Shown piece by piece: positions 40,611-51,870 of a DNA stretch of 64,000 nucleotides (positions within the stretch are counted from its first letter, which is position 1; each line of letters opens with the position of its first letter). Both the position numbers and the translations under genes were made by a program. This DNA is from Polyangiaceae bacterium (lineage in GTDB: Bacteria; Myxococcota_A; Polyangia; Polyangiales; Polyangiaceae). The DNA lies in assembly GCA_033763455.1 (NCBI GenBank), contig JANRKO010000020.1:1-64000 (forward strand), written 5' to 3'. Under the pieces are notes generated by a model that saw only the letters and a program-made list of their open reading frames with translations, was not told the DNA's origin and did no database searches.

Positions 40611-41669
40611 CTAACGTGCGACGGCACGCCCGAGACTCTCAGACTGCGTGAGCCTCACGATGAGGAGCCGGGCAATATCAGGCAGGGGCACCACCCGTTC
40701 GGCGGCACCCAACAAGATGGCCTGCTTGGGCATGCCAAACACCACGCAGCTCTCCTCATCCTGCGCGATAGTGAATGCTCCCGCGTCACGCATATCCTTA
40801 AGGCCCAGGGCGCCATCCGCCCCCATCCCGGTCAGAAGCACACCGGTGGCATTCGGACCCGCACACGTTGCGAGCGAGCGAAACATAACATCCACGGCGG
40901 GCCGCTGGTAATGCTCTGGCGGCGCATCCGAGAGCGCCGTCATGTACCTCGCACCATCGCGACGCACGAACAAGTGTCGCCCCGCCGGAGCCACAAACGC
41001 AGTACCAGGAGCAATCACTTCTCCCCCCAGAGCCTCCCGCACGTCCAGGTGTGAACCCCGCGCCAGTTGATCGGCGAATGCTTTGGTGAACCCCTTGGGC
41101 ATATGCTGGGTAATCACGACGCCTGGGCACATCCTGGGCAGCTGCGAAAGCACCGCCTCCACTGCAACCGGGCCACCTGTGGAAGCCCCAATTGCCAACA
41201 CGTGATCTGAGGCTCGATAACCCAGAGATTGGTCCTTGGCTGCCTGGACGGGGGGTGCTTTCGCTACAAGCTTCCGCACGTTCGCGACAGAAGCGGCTCG
41301 AATCGCCGCAACAAGAGTGTGCTCAACATCTGGCACACTAAAACTTGAGCCCGGCTTGGCCACTACATCCACGGCGCCGCACTCAAAAGCGCGAAACGCC
41401 ACTTCACTATTTTCGGGGGCGAGCGAGCTCACCACAACTACCGGAAGCGGGTGGTGCACCATCAGCTTCTTCAAGAAGGTAAGGCCATCCATGCGGGGCA
41501 TTTCGAGGTCCAGAGTGAGCACATCGGGAGAAAGCTCCTGGATCCGCTCACGCGCGATATACGGATCCCCGGCCACCCCCACCACTTGGATGTCCGGGAA
41601 CTTACTCAATTCCCGAGTGAGGACTTTTTGCACCACCACCGAATCATCAACGATTAATACGCGAATCAT
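40611..41669 (-). CDS. cheB: Chemotaxis methylesterase CheB
   Basis: TLDLEMP, GASTGGP, QHMP, LTGMGADG, VFGMP. Confidence 0.95.
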   Translation of the reverse strand: MIRVLIVDDSVVVQKVLTRELSKFPDIQVVGVAGDPYIARERIQELSPDVLTLDLEMPRMDGLTFLKKLMVHHPLPVVVVSSLAPENSEVAFRAFECGAVDVVAKPGSSFSVPDVEHTLVAAIRAASVANVRKLVAKAPPVQAAKDQSLGYRASDHVLAIGASTGGPVAVEAVLSQLPRMCPGVVITQHMPKGFTKAFADQLARGSHLDVREALGGEVIAPGTAFVAPAGRHLFVRRDGARYMTALSDAPPEHYQRPAVDVMFRSLATCAGPNATGVLLTGMGADGALGLKDMRDAGAFTIAQDEESCVVFGMPKQAILLGAAERVVPLPDIARLLIVRLTQSESLGRAVAR

Positions 41670-41753
41670 TGTGCCTGCCTCTCGCCGCACGTTGCAACGT
41701 CCACCCATTCACGGAATGACACGCGGTGAACTCTCCTTGCTTTGTTACTGCTT

Positions 41754-42275
41754 TCAAAGTTCACGCAACTCTCCCCCGCTGCGCACTGTCACCCGACCCG
41801 TGCCAAGCTCCAACTCCAGGGTGCGGGATTCATGACCGCCCGTGTCTTCCGCCTTTATCATTACGCCGTTTTTCCAGAGCATTTTGCGGAGAGCGACCAT
41901 ATTGCGCTTGCCGATCTGAAAGACATCCTGCGCCTCGTCCCCAAAGCTTGCTCCACCCGCAACTTTGAGAACCATTCGCGATTTACTTGCACCAAGGGCG
42001 TAGCTACTTTTAAACAACAACGGCAGGCCAGTATCGACAAAAGTCGCTGGGAAGGCTTCCGCGCGGTCGAGAGCAACCTTCGAGTCCGGCATCATGACGT
42101 GCAGCATCCCGCCAACACCCGCCACCTCATCGAACACCGTAATGCCTAAGCAGCTACCCAAAGCGTGAGTGATGATACTTTGAGTACGGTCTTTCGAGAC
42201 CCGAAACTCCGCGATGCCCACCACCAACCGGGATACCGGTTGCAGCAACTGGCTCGAACCGCGCTGTGAATTCAT
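41754..42275 (-). CDS. cheD: Chemoreceptor glutamine deamidase CheD
   Basis: LGSC, GGMLHVMMP, KVAGGA, IGKRN, DTGG. Confidence 0.95.
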   Translation of the reverse strand: MNSQRGSSQLLQPVSRLVVGIAEFRVSKDRTQSIITHALGSCLGITVFDEVAGVGGMLHVMMPDSKVALDRAEAFPATFVDTGLPLLFKSSYALGASKSRMVLKVAGGASFGDEAQDVFQIGKRNMVALRKMLWKNGVMIKAEDTGGHESRTLELELGTGRVTVRSGGELREL

Positions 42276-43090
42276 CGCCGATAAACCGCCGGTTCAACGT
42301 AGTGAAAGGGATGCCCCGTTTGGCCCAAGGACTCGCTCATCCCTATGAACAGGAGCCCGCCTGGAGCCAGTAAATCATAAAAGCGACCCACCACCCGAAG
42401 CCGTGTGGGCAGATCGAAGTAGATCATCACATTGCGGCAAAAAATTGCATGAAATGGGCCCCGCATCGGCCAACTTTCCATCAGATTCAGGCGCGCAACG
42501 TGAACACGCTCGCGAAGGGGTGCACGCACCCTATGTCCGGCGGGCACACGCTCGAAGTGTTTGGCTCGGCGCGCCTCATCGACGCCGACAAGCTGATCTT
42601 CATCGTAAATTGCTGCCCGGGCAACGCCGAGTACCCGTGATGAAATGTCTGTGGCCAGGATCCGCGCCTGCCGAAACGCTGAGGGCTCAAGCTGCTCGGC
42701 TAGCAACATGGCGAGCGTGTAGGGCTCCTCGCCGGTAGAGCACCCCGCACTCCAAATGCGCAACGGCTCCTCCGCGGCCGAAACTCCAAACCCCTCTTCC
42801 ACCAAAAGGTCAAAATGGCGAGATTCCCGGAAGAAGTTGGTCTTGTTGGTGGTGAGCACATCCACCATTTCGGCCAGCTCTTTAGGGTCCGCCTCTACGA
42901 GGTCCAAGTAGCTTGAGTAGCTTGCTACCCCTAGAAGCCGCATTCGACGTTGTAGGCGGGTGCCCACTAGGGCCTGCTTTCCATCACGGTACTCAAGCCC
43001 GGCGGCTTCATAGGCAAGATGCGCAACCCGCTCGAATTCAGCTGCGCTGAGAAGATCGCCATTTGCCGACTGAGCGGAAGATGAATTCAA
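42272..43090 (-). CDS. cheR: Chemotaxis methyltransferase CheR
   Basis: [33 protein letters not shown]. Confidence 0.95.
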   Translation of the reverse strand: MNSSSAQSANGDLLSAAEFERVAHLAYEAAGLEYRDGKQALVGTRLQRRMRLLGVASYSSYLDLVEADPKELAEMVDVLTTNKTNFFRESRHFDLLVEEGFGVSAAEEPLRIWSAGCSTGEEPYTLAMLLAEQLEPSAFRQARILATDISSRVLGVARAAIYDEDQLVGVDEARRAKHFERVPAGHRVRAPLRERVHVARLNLMESWPMRGPFHAIFCRNVMIYFDLPTRLRVVGRFYDLLAPGGLLFIGMSESLGQTGHPFHYVEPAVYRR

Positions 43091-45570
43091 TGCGGTAACC
43101 CTGTTCTAGCGATCAGGTCGCGCCGGCGCGCAATAGAGGCAGTCCCCGTAGGCCTTCTTAGGGGGATCACATCCTCTTTGCTCAGCTTGAATGCACCCAC
43201 GAGCTCCTTCATGCTGCGTGCCTGCTCCGAGAGATGCAGGGCAGCGCTGGCGGCCTCTTCGGTGGTTGCCGCCGTGTGTTGAGTGGTTCGAGAAATGTCT
43301 TCTACGCCCAAGTGGATCTGCGAAACCCCTTGGCTTTGAGCCTGGGCGCGCTGGGCGATATCCGACATGATGTCCACCATTCCTGAAACTCCACGGGAGA
43401 TCCCTTCGAACCCTCTCGTCAGTTCCCCGGTGAGGTGCGCCCCCTTCTCCGAGTGCGCCACCGACGCATCAATCAACTCGGCGGTACTTTTCGCAGCGTC
43501 CGCGCTGCGTGTGGCCAGGTTGCGAACTTCTTCCGCAACCACCGCAAACCCTCGGCCCGCCTGCCCGGCTCGCGCTGCTTCCACTGCTGCGTTGAGGGCT
43601 AAAAGGTTGGTCTGGAAGGCTATCTCGTCGATTGTGCGCACGATTTTTGCGGTTTCGGCCGAAGATGCCCGGATCTTCTGCATGGCGTCAGCTACACGCT
43701 CCACAAGCTCTTGACCGCTCGTGGCGCTCCGCCGCGCATCTTCGGCAAATGTACGTCCTTGGTTGGCGCTCACAGCCGTGCTCTGCGAAGCAGAATTGAT
43801 CTCCTGGAGGCTCGCCGAAATTTCCTCTAACGCGCTCGCTTGCTGACTTGAAGCTTGCGCGAGTGACTGGCCACCGTCGGTAATTTCAGCAGCCGCCGCG
43901 GCCACCTGATCCCCAGATTTGCTCACCTCACCGAGTGCCGTGGAAAGAGAGGCCAGGGCCGTGTTGAGAGACTGCTTGATGGCGTCGTAATCCCCTGTGT
44001 AAACGCCTGTCATGCGCACGCTGAGGTCACCCTTTGCCACAGCCTCGAGCACGTCACGGGAGGCGTTGATGGGAGCACTCACTGCCTGCAGCATGGCGTT
44101 CATCCCAGCTAGTAGCTCCCGGTAGACGCCACCCAGATCTTCAGTCTCCGCACGGTTCGACAATGCACCAACTTTGGCCGACTCGATAAGCTGCGCAGTT
44201 CGCTGCACCAGGCGTTCGAGTGCGGCATGGGCCACCAGGAAGCTTCGATTGAGTTCATCTTTTTCCCCCGCCAGCTGGGGCCTCACTGAAAGGTCACCAC
44301 GCCCAAGCGCTTCTGCCACCCGAGCGACCTCGCGTGTGTAATTCGTCGTATCGCGCAGCGCCTCGGCCAACTCCCCCACTTCGTCCGTTCCCTCGTGGGT
44401 CACGCTCTGGCTAAAGTTACCGTGTGAGATAGCGCGAGCCGCAACTGCCATCTGAGCGAGGGGGGCCGCAAAACGCTTACCAATCCACCAGCCCAGAAGC
44501 AGGCAAAGCACAGCCGTGGCTCCGGCTAATATCGCGAGAGCTCGCCGGACGTCTGCGCTTTGACTTAGAGCCTGGTCAGTCGATATCCGAACCATCACAG
44601 TCCACGGCATGCCCGCGAACCCCATGGCCCCTCTGAAATGACTGTACCCGACGACTTGAGGAACCTTCTTCCTCAGGTGTTCCGCGACGAGTGTGCCCTG
44701 CTCCCCCTTCAACGCCTTTCTTATCGCTGCATGGTCCGCCAGTGAGAACTTCAACAACACGCCGCGGTCACGCGCTAGCTCCTTTCCTGCGCCACGAGTT
44801 GGATCATAGTCCACAAGGATTTTGCCCTCACTGTTGGTGAGTACGATATCGGCTCCCGGGAACCCCGCTTCACTGATTTCGGCGTGAGCGGACCGTACAA
44901 TCTCCTCCACCAAGGCCAAATCCGCGGTGTTGTGGACGTAGCCGACCACTTTACCAGAGTCATCGAACATTGGAGCACTGAAAGTCAGGACGTACGCTTC
45001 CCTGCCCAAAACCTGCGCCAACGAATCATCGAAGCGTGCGTCTTCGATGTACGTGCCCGTTGCCTTGTCGTTGCCCGATCCCGCAAAGGGTTGTTGAGTC
45101 GTGAACCTGCCGGCTTGAGTCTCTTGAAACCACTTGGCCCCGCTCAGATCTCGCCCCAATAGCGTCGCGGTCGGCAGAGATTTGCCAGCCGCATCCTTCG
45201 AACTTACTGCCACAACTTTGCCACGAACATCCGTCACTTCTATGAGCAGGTAGACGCCGTAGAGACGAATGTACGTATTGAGCGCGTTTGTCGTCGGGGA
45301 GTCAACCTTGCCCCAATGCTCGGCATTCCTGAGCGTTGCGCTACTTGCGAACGCCTGCACGTCTCCGTAACGCTCAAATATGTTGCGGTCCACTCGGTCT
45401 CCGAGGAGCTTTGAGAAGATCGCAAACCGCGGATCCTCCAGATCATGCTTCTTGGAATCTTCACCTGTGGTAATCGCGATGATGGCCACGGGCACCAAGG
45501 CGAAGAGGCTGAGCACCGCAATGACTTTACGGGCTAACGTCCAACGGAATGCACTTTTTCTTAATGCCAT
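43087..45570 (-). CDS. Transmembrane methyl-accepting chemotaxis protein (Cache-like sensor, multiple HAMP domains)
   Basis: 2 TMs, [18 protein letters not shown] (DEVGEL), [20 protein letters not shown]. Confidence 0.92.
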   Translation of the reverse strand: MALRKSAFRWTLARKVIAVLSLFALVPVAIIAITTGEDSKKHDLEDPRFAIFSKLLGDRVDRNIFERYGDVQAFASSATLRNAEHWGKVDSPTTNALNTYIRLYGVYLLIEVTDVRGKVVAVSSKDAAGKSLPTATLLGRDLSGAKWFQETQAGRFTTQQPFAGSGNDKATGTYIEDARFDDSLAQVLGREAYVLTFSAPMFDDSGKVVGYVHNTADLALVEEIVRSAHAEISEAGFPGADIVLTNSEGKILVDYDPTRGAGKELARDRGVLLKFSLADHAAIRKALKGEQGTLVAEHLRKKVPQVVGYSHFRGAMGFAGMPWTVMVRISTDQALSQSADVRRALAILAGATAVLCLLLGWWIGKRFAAPLAQMAVAARAISHGNFSQSVTHEGTDEVGELAEALRDTTNYTREVARVAEALGRGDLSVRPQLAGEKDELNRSFLVAHAALERLVQRTAQLIESAKVGALSNRAETEDLGGVYRELLAGMNAMLQAVSAPINASRDVLEAVAKGDLSVRMTGVYTGDYDAIKQSLNTALASLSTALGEVSKSGDQVAAAAAEITDGGQSLAQASSQQASALEEISASLQEINSASQSTAVSANQGRTFAEDARRSATSGQELVERVADAMQKIRASSAETAKIVRTIDEIAFQTNLLALNAAVEAARAGQAGRGFAVVAEEVRNLATRSADAAKSTAELIDASVAHSEKGAHLTGELTRGFEGISRGVSGMVDIMSDIAQRAQAQSQGVSQIHLGVEDISRTTQHTAATTEEAASAALHLSEQARSMKELVGAFKLSKEDVIPLRRPTGTASIARRRDLIARTGLPH

Positions 45571-45580
45571 CTCGGTGCTC

Positions 45581-47254
45581 CTAGAAATCCAGCAGGCCAT
45601 CTTGGCCTTCATCGTCGTCAAACGGGATTAGCTTTGCGGCTGCGTTGCCTGTCGCCTTGCTGAGGGTTTGATTGCGCTCGGGTGCTCTTGGCTTGGGCGG
45701 CACACTCTTCGGAGGTGGCGAGCTTCTGCGAGTCCCCGTGCTGGCACGAAGTGGCACTCGTAGCGCAGACGGCTCACGCGCGGGGGCGTACCCCTCGCCA
45801 CTCAAAGAAAAGCCGGCAAGTAGCCGCGCGATATCCCCACTCTGACTAGTGAGCTCTTGGGCAGCTGCGGCCGACTCTTCCATCGCCGCTGCCGTCTGCT
45901 GGCTCGACCTAGACATCGATTCGACAGTCGCTCCTATCAGGGCCACACTCTGGCTTTGCTGCTCGGTGGCCAGCGCTATTTCCGCCATGACTTCCACCAC
46001 CGCACCCACGCGTGAAGTAATCTCTTGAAATCCGGCAACGGCCGCTGCATTCAACTTAACGCCGTCTTCGGCGCTCCGAACTGACTCATCGATCATTCGC
46101 GACGTATCCCGCGCTGCCTCGGCACTCCGCATAGCCAGAGCTCGCACCTCTTCGGCGACTACGGCAAATCCGCGCCCCGCGTCACCCGCCCGAGCCGCTT
46201 CCACTGCGGCATTGAGCGCAAGAAGATTCGTTTGGAACGCGATCTCATCGATGACACGAATAACCTTCGCCGTCTGGGTGGCGGTCGCTCGAATGCGCTC
46301 CGTAGCCAGCGACATTTTGGCGAGATCCGCGGCCCCTAGCACAGCGCTGTCGCGAGCACCCTCGGCCAGCCCTCGAGCTTGTTGAGCATTGGCCGCGTTT
46401 CGTTTGCCGCTTCCCATTACCTCCTGGAGGTTAGAGGTGATCTCTTCAAGCGCAGCGGCACCCTCGCTCGTCGCTTTGGCAACCACCTGCGCGCCCAAAT
46501 TGATTTCAGCAGCTGCCCCCGCAAGGCTCTGCCCGGTGAGGGCTACCTGACTGAGAACCTGATCGATGGTCTCTGCCGCTTGATTTAAGGCATCCATGAC
46601 CTCTCGATCCTCAGCGAAAGCTTCTCCCCGAACGGTGAAGTCACCCGTGGCCAGGGCTCGGGCAACTATGCCAAACTCGGCAAGAATTCGCGTCCGCTCA
46701 GCACGCGCGGACTCAACATTCGCAAGCTGTGCTGCCTCTCGCGACATACGTTGCGCAAAAGCAGCAACTATTGCAGCATCTGCTTGAAACACGCAAAAAA
46801 GAGCTTCCCGAAACCGAACCAGAGAGGCTCCTTTAACACCCGCGGCCGACGCGGTGGCAAGAAGCCCGTCCTTTAGATCAGTCTGTGCATCCAACAGCCA
46901 GAACCTGTGGTCGCAATCAGAGAGGCGCACCAGTTTCTCACGCGTAGCGAGGGCCCCATCACCAAACGTTCCAGCGAAAATCGAGTCAAGATACGCAGGC
47001 AATTGCCCCCGAGCTTCATCTTGTGCTTTCACGTCCGCCCCGAGCCTGCGGTCACGCTCTAAACGAGCCACCACGCTCCAGCTCAACTCCGCGAAACACC
47101 CCTGAACCGTCGCCCTATGAGTAGCAAGCTCATGCAGAGCCATCGGCAGGCCCGGATGAAACGCCAGAAGCGCAGCAACAGTCGAATCTGACACCCGCAC
47201 CTCCGGCAGCGCGGTGATAGCCTGGTGAGCTCGGAAGAAAAACCAATTAAACAC
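45581..47254 (-). CDS. Soluble methyl-accepting chemotaxis protein
   Basis: No TM pair; [20 protein letters not shown]; acidic C-terminus ending GLLDF. Confidence 0.9.
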   Translation of the reverse strand: MFNWFFFRAHQAITALPEVRVSDSTVAALLAFHPGLPMALHELATHRATVQGCFAELSWSVVARLERDRRLGADVKAQDEARGQLPAYLDSIFAGTFGDGALATREKLVRLSDCDHRFWLLDAQTDLKDGLLATASAAGVKGASLVRFREALFCVFQADAAIVAAFAQRMSREAAQLANVESARAERTRILAEFGIVARALATGDFTVRGEAFAEDREVMDALNQAAETIDQVLSQVALTGQSLAGAAAEINLGAQVVAKATSEGAAALEEITSNLQEVMGSGKRNAANAQQARGLAEGARDSAVLGAADLAKMSLATERIRATATQTAKVIRVIDEIAFQTNLLALNAAVEAARAGDAGRGFAVVAEEVRALAMRSAEAARDTSRMIDESVRSAEDGVKLNAAAVAGFQEITSRVGAVVEVMAEIALATEQQSQSVALIGATVESMSRSSQQTAAAMEESAAAAQELTSQSGDIARLLAGFSLSGEGYAPAREPSALRVPLRASTGTRRSSPPPKSVPPKPRAPERNQTLSKATGNAAAKLIPFDDDEGQDGLLDF

Positions 47255-47257
47255 AGC

Positions 47258-47752
47258 TCAATGCCCTTTCCCGCCGGCTACTCGTGCGGGCTCTTCGGTC
47301 GCAAGGATGCGATCTATATCGAGTATCAACCGCACCCGACCCTCTTGCTTGGCGACCCCCAACAGATATGAAGTATCTACGGACACTCCAAATTCAGGCG
47401 AAGGCGCGATCTCGCCAGGCGCCAGTGTCACCACCTCGGACACGCGGTCCACTAGAAGACCAACTTCCCGGCCACGAGACACGACGACCACAATGCACGT
47501 CTCTCGAGTTGCAGCAGCACGTGCCATCCCGAAGCGGCAGCGCAAGTCTATCACGCTAATAATCTTGCCACGCAAGTTAACCACACCGGCAACATATTTA
47601 GCCACCCGTGGCACCACCGTGATTGGCATACTCCCCACAATTTCCTGCACCGCTAGAATCCCAAGCGCGTACTCTTCCGCACCCAAGAAGAAGGATAGGT
47701 ATTGCTCTCCGTGAGGGGAGGAATTGTCGCTCGGTGCAAGTTCGGTGCTCAT
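47258..47752 (-). CDS. cheW: CheW
   Basis: YLSFFLG.EEY, VQEI, GVVNLRG. Confidence 0.93.
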   Translation of the reverse strand: MSTELAPSDNSSPHGEQYLSFFLGAEEYALGILAVQEIVGSMPITVVPRVAKYVAGVVNLRGKIISVIDLRCRFGMARAAATRETCIVVVVSRGREVGLLVDRVSEVVTLAPGEIAPSPEFGVSVDTSYLLGVAKQEGRVRLILDIDRILATEEPARVAGGKGH

Positions 47753-47764
47753 GTTCGTCTCCCA

Positions 47765-49639
47765 CTAGCTAGCCAACGACAAGGGAACGTTGGCCTCATT
47801 TCGAGCGAGCAGCTTCAGCTCTGGTGGGTCTAAAATGAGCCCCACCCGGCCATCACCAAGAATCGCTCCGCCTGAGACGCCATCCACATGCCCCATCGTT
47901 TCCCCTAGGGCCTTTGCCACCACCTGTTGTTGACCTAAGATCTCATCCACCATCAGCGCGCAACGCCCATCAGAATCCGACAGAACCAGTAGGATTGCTT
48001 GGCTTGGATCCGTCTCCGCATCGGGCACATCGTACAAGCGATGCAAGCGGAACACTGGAATCAACTCCCCGCGCAACATCAGCATTTCTCCCCGCCCGGC
48101 AACGCTCGACAACATCGATGGTGTGGGCCGGAGGCTAAGCTGAATATTAACCATCGGCACCAGGTAGCGCTCACTCCCCACTCGCACCAACATACCCTCT
48201 GTAATCGCGAGAGTTAAGGGTACGAAAATGCTAAACGTGGTGCCACGTCCCAGGGTGGAGCTGATATCGATTCTCCCTTTCAGAGATTCGACACTGCGCC
48301 GCACCACATCCATCCCCACCCCACGCCCAGAGAGATCTGTAACCTGCTGTGCTGTGGAAAAACCAGGCGCAAAAATCAGGTCATAAACCGACGCATCGCT
48401 CATGCCGGCTCCGCTCTCAATCAGCCCCTTAGAAATCGCCTTGGCGATCAGTCGCTCACGGTCGAGCCCACCGCCATCATCCGAGAGCTCCACGACAACG
48501 TTGCCGCCGGCGTGAAACGCTCGCAGCAAAATCTCTCCGTCGCGGGGTTTGCCCGCCCGAGCGCGCTCTTCCGGCGTTTCAATCCCATGATCCACCGCGT
48601 TTCGAAGCATGTGCACCAGAGGATCCGCCAGAACGTCCACCATGTTGCGGTCGATATCTGTATCTTCCCCTTCAGTGCGCAGGCGAACCGCTTTGCCGCT
48701 TTTTACGGAAGCATCCCGCACCACACGGCCAAGCCGCTGGAAGGCCGCACGCAGAGGCACCATCCGGAGCGCCAGGCTGAGCTCTTGCAATTCGCGCACG
48801 ATTTTGCCGGCATGGTTCACCTTCTTCTGCAGCTCAACCTGCCCGGGGCGCCCGAGGGTTTCGTCCTGCGAGACCATGGATTGCGCAATCACCAGTTCGC
48901 CTACCATGTCGATCAAGCGATCAAGTCGATCCGTCCTCACCCGCACTGAAGCCTCCTGAGCCGCCGCTGCCTCTCGGCGCACGGGTGCTTCGGCGACGGG
49001 TGCTTCCGCAGTGCTAGATGCTGGCCTCTGAACTGCGGTCGGGGCTGGTTTGAGTACTCCTGGTTCCGCTACAGAGGACGCTGGCGCCACTACCCCGTGT
49101 GCCCTTTCTTGTAGCTCTGCCGTCAGCCCTGCGAGGCCCTGCGGAAGGTAAGCTGGCCCGCCGCTAGTCGCCGATTGCACGGCCTCCACCAGCGCCTTGA
49201 GGGCGTCCAGGGAACGGAGGGCGAGCTGTGGCACAACTCCCGTGAAGTTGAGCTCCCGATCGCGCACCTTGCTCATGAGCGACTCGGCCACGTGTGCAAA
49301 GTGCGCTATCACGTCGATGCCAAGCATTGCAGCGACGCCTTTCACGGTATGAAATGCTCGAAATACCGTCCCGACAGCTTCCATATCGTCGGGGTCCTGT
49401 TCCAAAGACAAGAGTGCCGTCTCGGCCTGGGCTAAGTACTCGCGTGATTCGGTAAGGAACTCGGAAACCAACTCCTGATCACGGTCAGCGGGCAGCACTA
49501 AGCGCTCTCGGAGCTCTTCCTTTGCCACCATGGCTTCCGAACTCTCGGACTCATCGAGCCAGTTTGGCTCCGAACCTGTGGTTACCCGAGGGGGGGGTTC
49601 GGGCGCCGTGGGTTTGGAAGGGGGTGTTTTTCTTGCCAC
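47765..49639 (-). CDS. cheA: Chemotaxis kinase CheA (no recognisable P2 domain)
   Basis: FRAFHTVKG, LIDMVGELVI, HMLRNAVDHG, SGRGVGMDVV, C-terminal CheW domain; GTG start with GAGG. Confidence 0.95.
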   Translation of the reverse strand: MARKTPPSKPTAPEPPPRVTTGSEPNWLDESESSEAMVAKEELRERLVLPADRDQELVSEFLTESREYLAQAETALLSLEQDPDDMEAVGTVFRAFHTVKGVAAMLGIDVIAHFAHVAESLMSKVRDRELNFTGVVPQLALRSLDALKALVEAVQSATSGGPAYLPQGLAGLTAELQERAHGVVAPASSVAEPGVLKPAPTAVQRPASSTAEAPVAEAPVRREAAAAQEASVRVRTDRLDRLIDMVGELVIAQSMVSQDETLGRPGQVELQKKVNHAGKIVRELQELSLALRMVPLRAAFQRLGRVVRDASVKSGKAVRLRTEGEDTDIDRNMVDVLADPLVHMLRNAVDHGIETPEERARAGKPRDGEILLRAFHAGGNVVVELSDDGGGLDRERLIAKAISKGLIESGAGMSDASVYDLIFAPGFSTAQQVTDLSGRGVGMDVVRRSVESLKGRIDISSTLGRGTTFSIFVPLTLAITEGMLVRVGSERYLVPMVNIQLSLRPTPSMLSSVAGRGEMLMLRGELIPVFRLHRLYDVPDAETDPSQAILLVLSDSDGRCALMVDEILGQQQVVAKALGETMGHVDGVSGGAILGDGRVGLILDPPELKLLARNEANVPLSLAS

Positions 49640-49669
49640 GCAAACCTCGAAAAAGGGGGTGTAGGGTTA

Positions 49670-49696
49670 CGAACGGCTGATCCGGACGTGTGTTAA
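49670..49696 (-). promoter_or_regulatory. Sigma-28-like promoter for the cheA1 operon
   Basis: TTAA-N15-GCCGTTCG. Confidence 0.45.
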
Positions 49697-49742
49697 GGTG
49701 CTGTTCTTTGTCTAAGTTCTGGCTTTCTCCGTGGCCAAGCCT

Positions 49743-49769
49743 TAACTCGAACCAAACACCAGCCGCTTA
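49743..49769 (+). promoter_or_regulatory. Sigma-28-like promoter for the MshEN-repeat gene
   Basis: TAAC-N15-GCCGCTTA. Confidence 0.35.
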
Positions 49770-49784
49770 CCTGGCAAGGCAAAC

Positions 49785-50189
49785 ATGGGGACAGCTAGAT
49801 TTGGCACTTTTCTGGTAGAACGCGGCGCGGTGACCGCGACGGATATCATGCAGGCTCTCGACGAGCAGTCGCGAAGGCGGCCCGTGCTGGGGCGCTTAGC
49901 GATCAAGCACGGATACCTAACGGTGGCGCAAGTGTTCCAGGTTTTGAACCAACAGGCGGATACCGGGCTCAAATTCGGCGAACAAGCCATGCGCCTCGGG
50001 TACCTCAAGGATGCAGACGTCTACAGCCTCCTCCAGCTACAGCGCAGTGAAACTCCGCGCATGAGCGATCTTCTAGTACAGCTTGGCAAGATCTCTGAGC
50101 CCGCTCTCAGAGCAGCGCGACTCGCGTACGAACGTGAAGTTCCCGAGGCAGACCAAGGATCCACCAGAGGCGACGAACTCCGATTCTAG
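49785..50189 (+). CDS. Stand-alone protein of four MshEN-like motifs
   Basis: RFGTFLVERGAV..AL.EQ, VLGRLAIKHGYL..VL.QQ, KFGEQAMRLGYL..LL.LQ, RMSDLLVQLGKI. Confidence 0.7.
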   Translation: MGTARFGTFLVERGAVTATDIMQALDEQSRRRPVLGRLAIKHGYLTVAQVFQVLNQQADTGLKFGEQAMRLGYLKDADVYSLLQLQRSETPRMSDLLVQLGKISEPALRAARLAYEREVPEADQGSTRGDELRF

Positions 50190-50193
50190 AGGA

Positions 50194-50676
50194 TCATGCC
50201 GCGCCCTTCTTTGACAACACTCGAAATCGCAGGCTCGCGTCGACCTCGCCCTCCTCTAGTGCAACCCTGACGTTTGCGTCGCCACTGGGAAGCTCCTCCC
50301 CGAGGGCAAGGATGCGCGGCGACATCAAATCAAACACGGCTTGGCCGCCAGCGATGAGCGGCAAAACGTTACCGCACACGATGTTGGCAAGCTCACGCAA
50401 AGCATCTTGTTGAACCGTTTCGGACTCGACGTCATCATCCCCCAGCATTGCCGAAGCGATGGGAGCGAGCATACTTGGCGCCACCGAAATCCAGAGCGTT
50501 CCCTCAGCTGGGCCAATGAACTCCACTGCCACCGCAACGCTTCCCCTCGGCAAGTCGGCCAGAGCGACACCGTTCGTGCCCGGAGGCGGGACGCTCGGTT
50601 GAGGCAGCATGAAGCAAAGGCCTTCAAAAACCTGATAAACGGATTGCGTAAGAGCGGACGCCCAAGCCTGATTCAT
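50194..50676 (-). CDS. cheX: CheX-family phosphatase
   Basis: FIGPAEG, IASAMLG, DALRELANIVCGN. Confidence 0.85.
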   Translation of the reverse strand: MNQAWASALTQSVYQVFEGLCFMLPQPSVPPPGTNGVALADLPRGSVAVAVEFIGPAEGTLWISVAPSMLAPIASAMLGDDDVESETVQQDALRELANIVCGNVLPLIAGGQAVFDLMSPRILALGEELPSGDANVRVALEEGEVDASLRFRVLSKKGAA

Positions 50677-50680
50677 GTTG

Positions 50681-51061
50681 TTAGCCTCCCGTCGTGGCCG
50701 AAATAATAGCGTCCACGAGCACCTCGGGGCCAAAGGGCTTCCGTATGAACGTGGCCCCTAACTGGCGGAATAGTTCGATGCGGGCCTCACTACCCTCCGT
50801 GGACACCATAATGACGGGAAGCTCTGCCAACTTAGCATTAGCCCGAATGCGCCTTACCAATTCCTCCCCATTCATCCCGGGCATATTAACGTCAAAGAGC
50901 CCTAGATTAATGTCCGCTTCGCGCGTCAAGACGTCCAGCGCTTCTTGCCCTTCGCAGGCCTCGTGTACTCGCCCAATCGGCAAGTTACTCATCCCCAAGA
51001 CCCGGATGAGCATTTTGCGCATCACCGGGCTATCATCTACCACCAGCACCTGATAACTCAT
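50681..51061 (-). CDS. cheY: CheY-like response regulator
   Basis: VVDDS, FDVNMP, VSTE, RKPF. Confidence 0.88.
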   Translation of the reverse strand: MSYQVLVVDDSPVMRKMLIRVLGMSNLPIGRVHEACEGQEALDVLTREADINLGLFDVNMPGMNGEELVRRIRANAKLAELPVIMVSTEGSEARIELFRQLGATFIRKPFGPEVLVDAIISATTGG

Positions 51062-51116
51062 CGTTCGTTTCCTTCCCAAAGAACTCGCGCCAAAGCTCCC
51101 ACTCTCCCCCGTACTG

Positions 51117-51602
51117 TCATCGGCGCCCAAGTTCGATGATGTCTTCCGTTGAGAGGATGGCGTCTATGTCGAGCAACAAACGAACCTTGCCGTTTGCCTT
51201 GCATATGCCCAAGAAATATTCAGCAGCCATGCCACTTCCGAGATCTACCATCGCTTCGGTATCTGCGGAGGTGACGTCCCTCACCTCGGAAACGGTGTCG
51301 ACAACGATGCCGAGCTCCATATCTGGCCGACGCACAACGATAATACACGTTTCGCGGCTCGCTTCGCGGGGTGGCATGGAGAACTTCGCACGCAAGTCGA
51401 TTACAGGAATAATCTTGCCGCGGAGATTAATCACACCTTGCATGAACGAAGGGGTTCCGGGCACGGGCGTAACCGGCATCATTCCGATAATCTCTCGCAC
51501 CTTGAGGATGGCGATGCCGTACTCCTCGGCTCCAAGAAAAAAGGAGAGATATTTGCCTTCCAGGCCGGGCTTCCGTGGGCTGGTGGACGCGTTTTCGGTC
51601 AT
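51117..51602 (-). CDS. cheW: CheW
   Basis: YLSFFLGAEEYG, VREIIG, GVINLRG. Confidence 0.93.
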   Translation of the reverse strand: MTENASTSPRKPGLEGKYLSFFLGAEEYGIAILKVREIIGMMPVTPVPGTPSFMQGVINLRGKIIPVIDLRAKFSMPPREASRETCIIVVRRPDMELGIVVDTVSEVRDVTSADTEAMVDLGSGMAAEYFLGICKANGKVRLLLDIDAILSTEDIIELGRR

Positions 51603-51666
51603 GCTGTCGCCATTTCGTTGAAGGCCCTTGTCAACCTTACCTTAGAAGCAATAAGCGCTCGCAGAA

Positions 51667-51693
51667 CAAGCGGCCGCCTGAAACTTAAGTTTA
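51667..51693 (-). promoter_or_regulatory. Sigma-28-like promoter for cheW-cheY-cheX
   Basis: TAAA-N15-GCCGCTTG. Confidence 0.4.
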
Positions 51694-51726
51694 GGATTCA
51701 TGGACTTAAGTTTAGGATTCATGGAC
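51683..51726. repeat. Perfect 21-bp tandem duplication (ACTTAAGTTTAGGATTCATGG x2)
   Basis: Copies start at 51683 and 51704. Confidence 0.95.
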
Positions 51727-51870
51727 GGAGCCCGGTGCAGGCAAAGCTGCTACTTCCAACCACACCAAAGCGCAGTTGCCGATGCGTTGACGGTCCCTAT
51801 CTCAAAGTGACACGTCGCTGACGCACACACGCCGTTCCCCACCCACCATCCAGCCTACAGGCCGACATCT

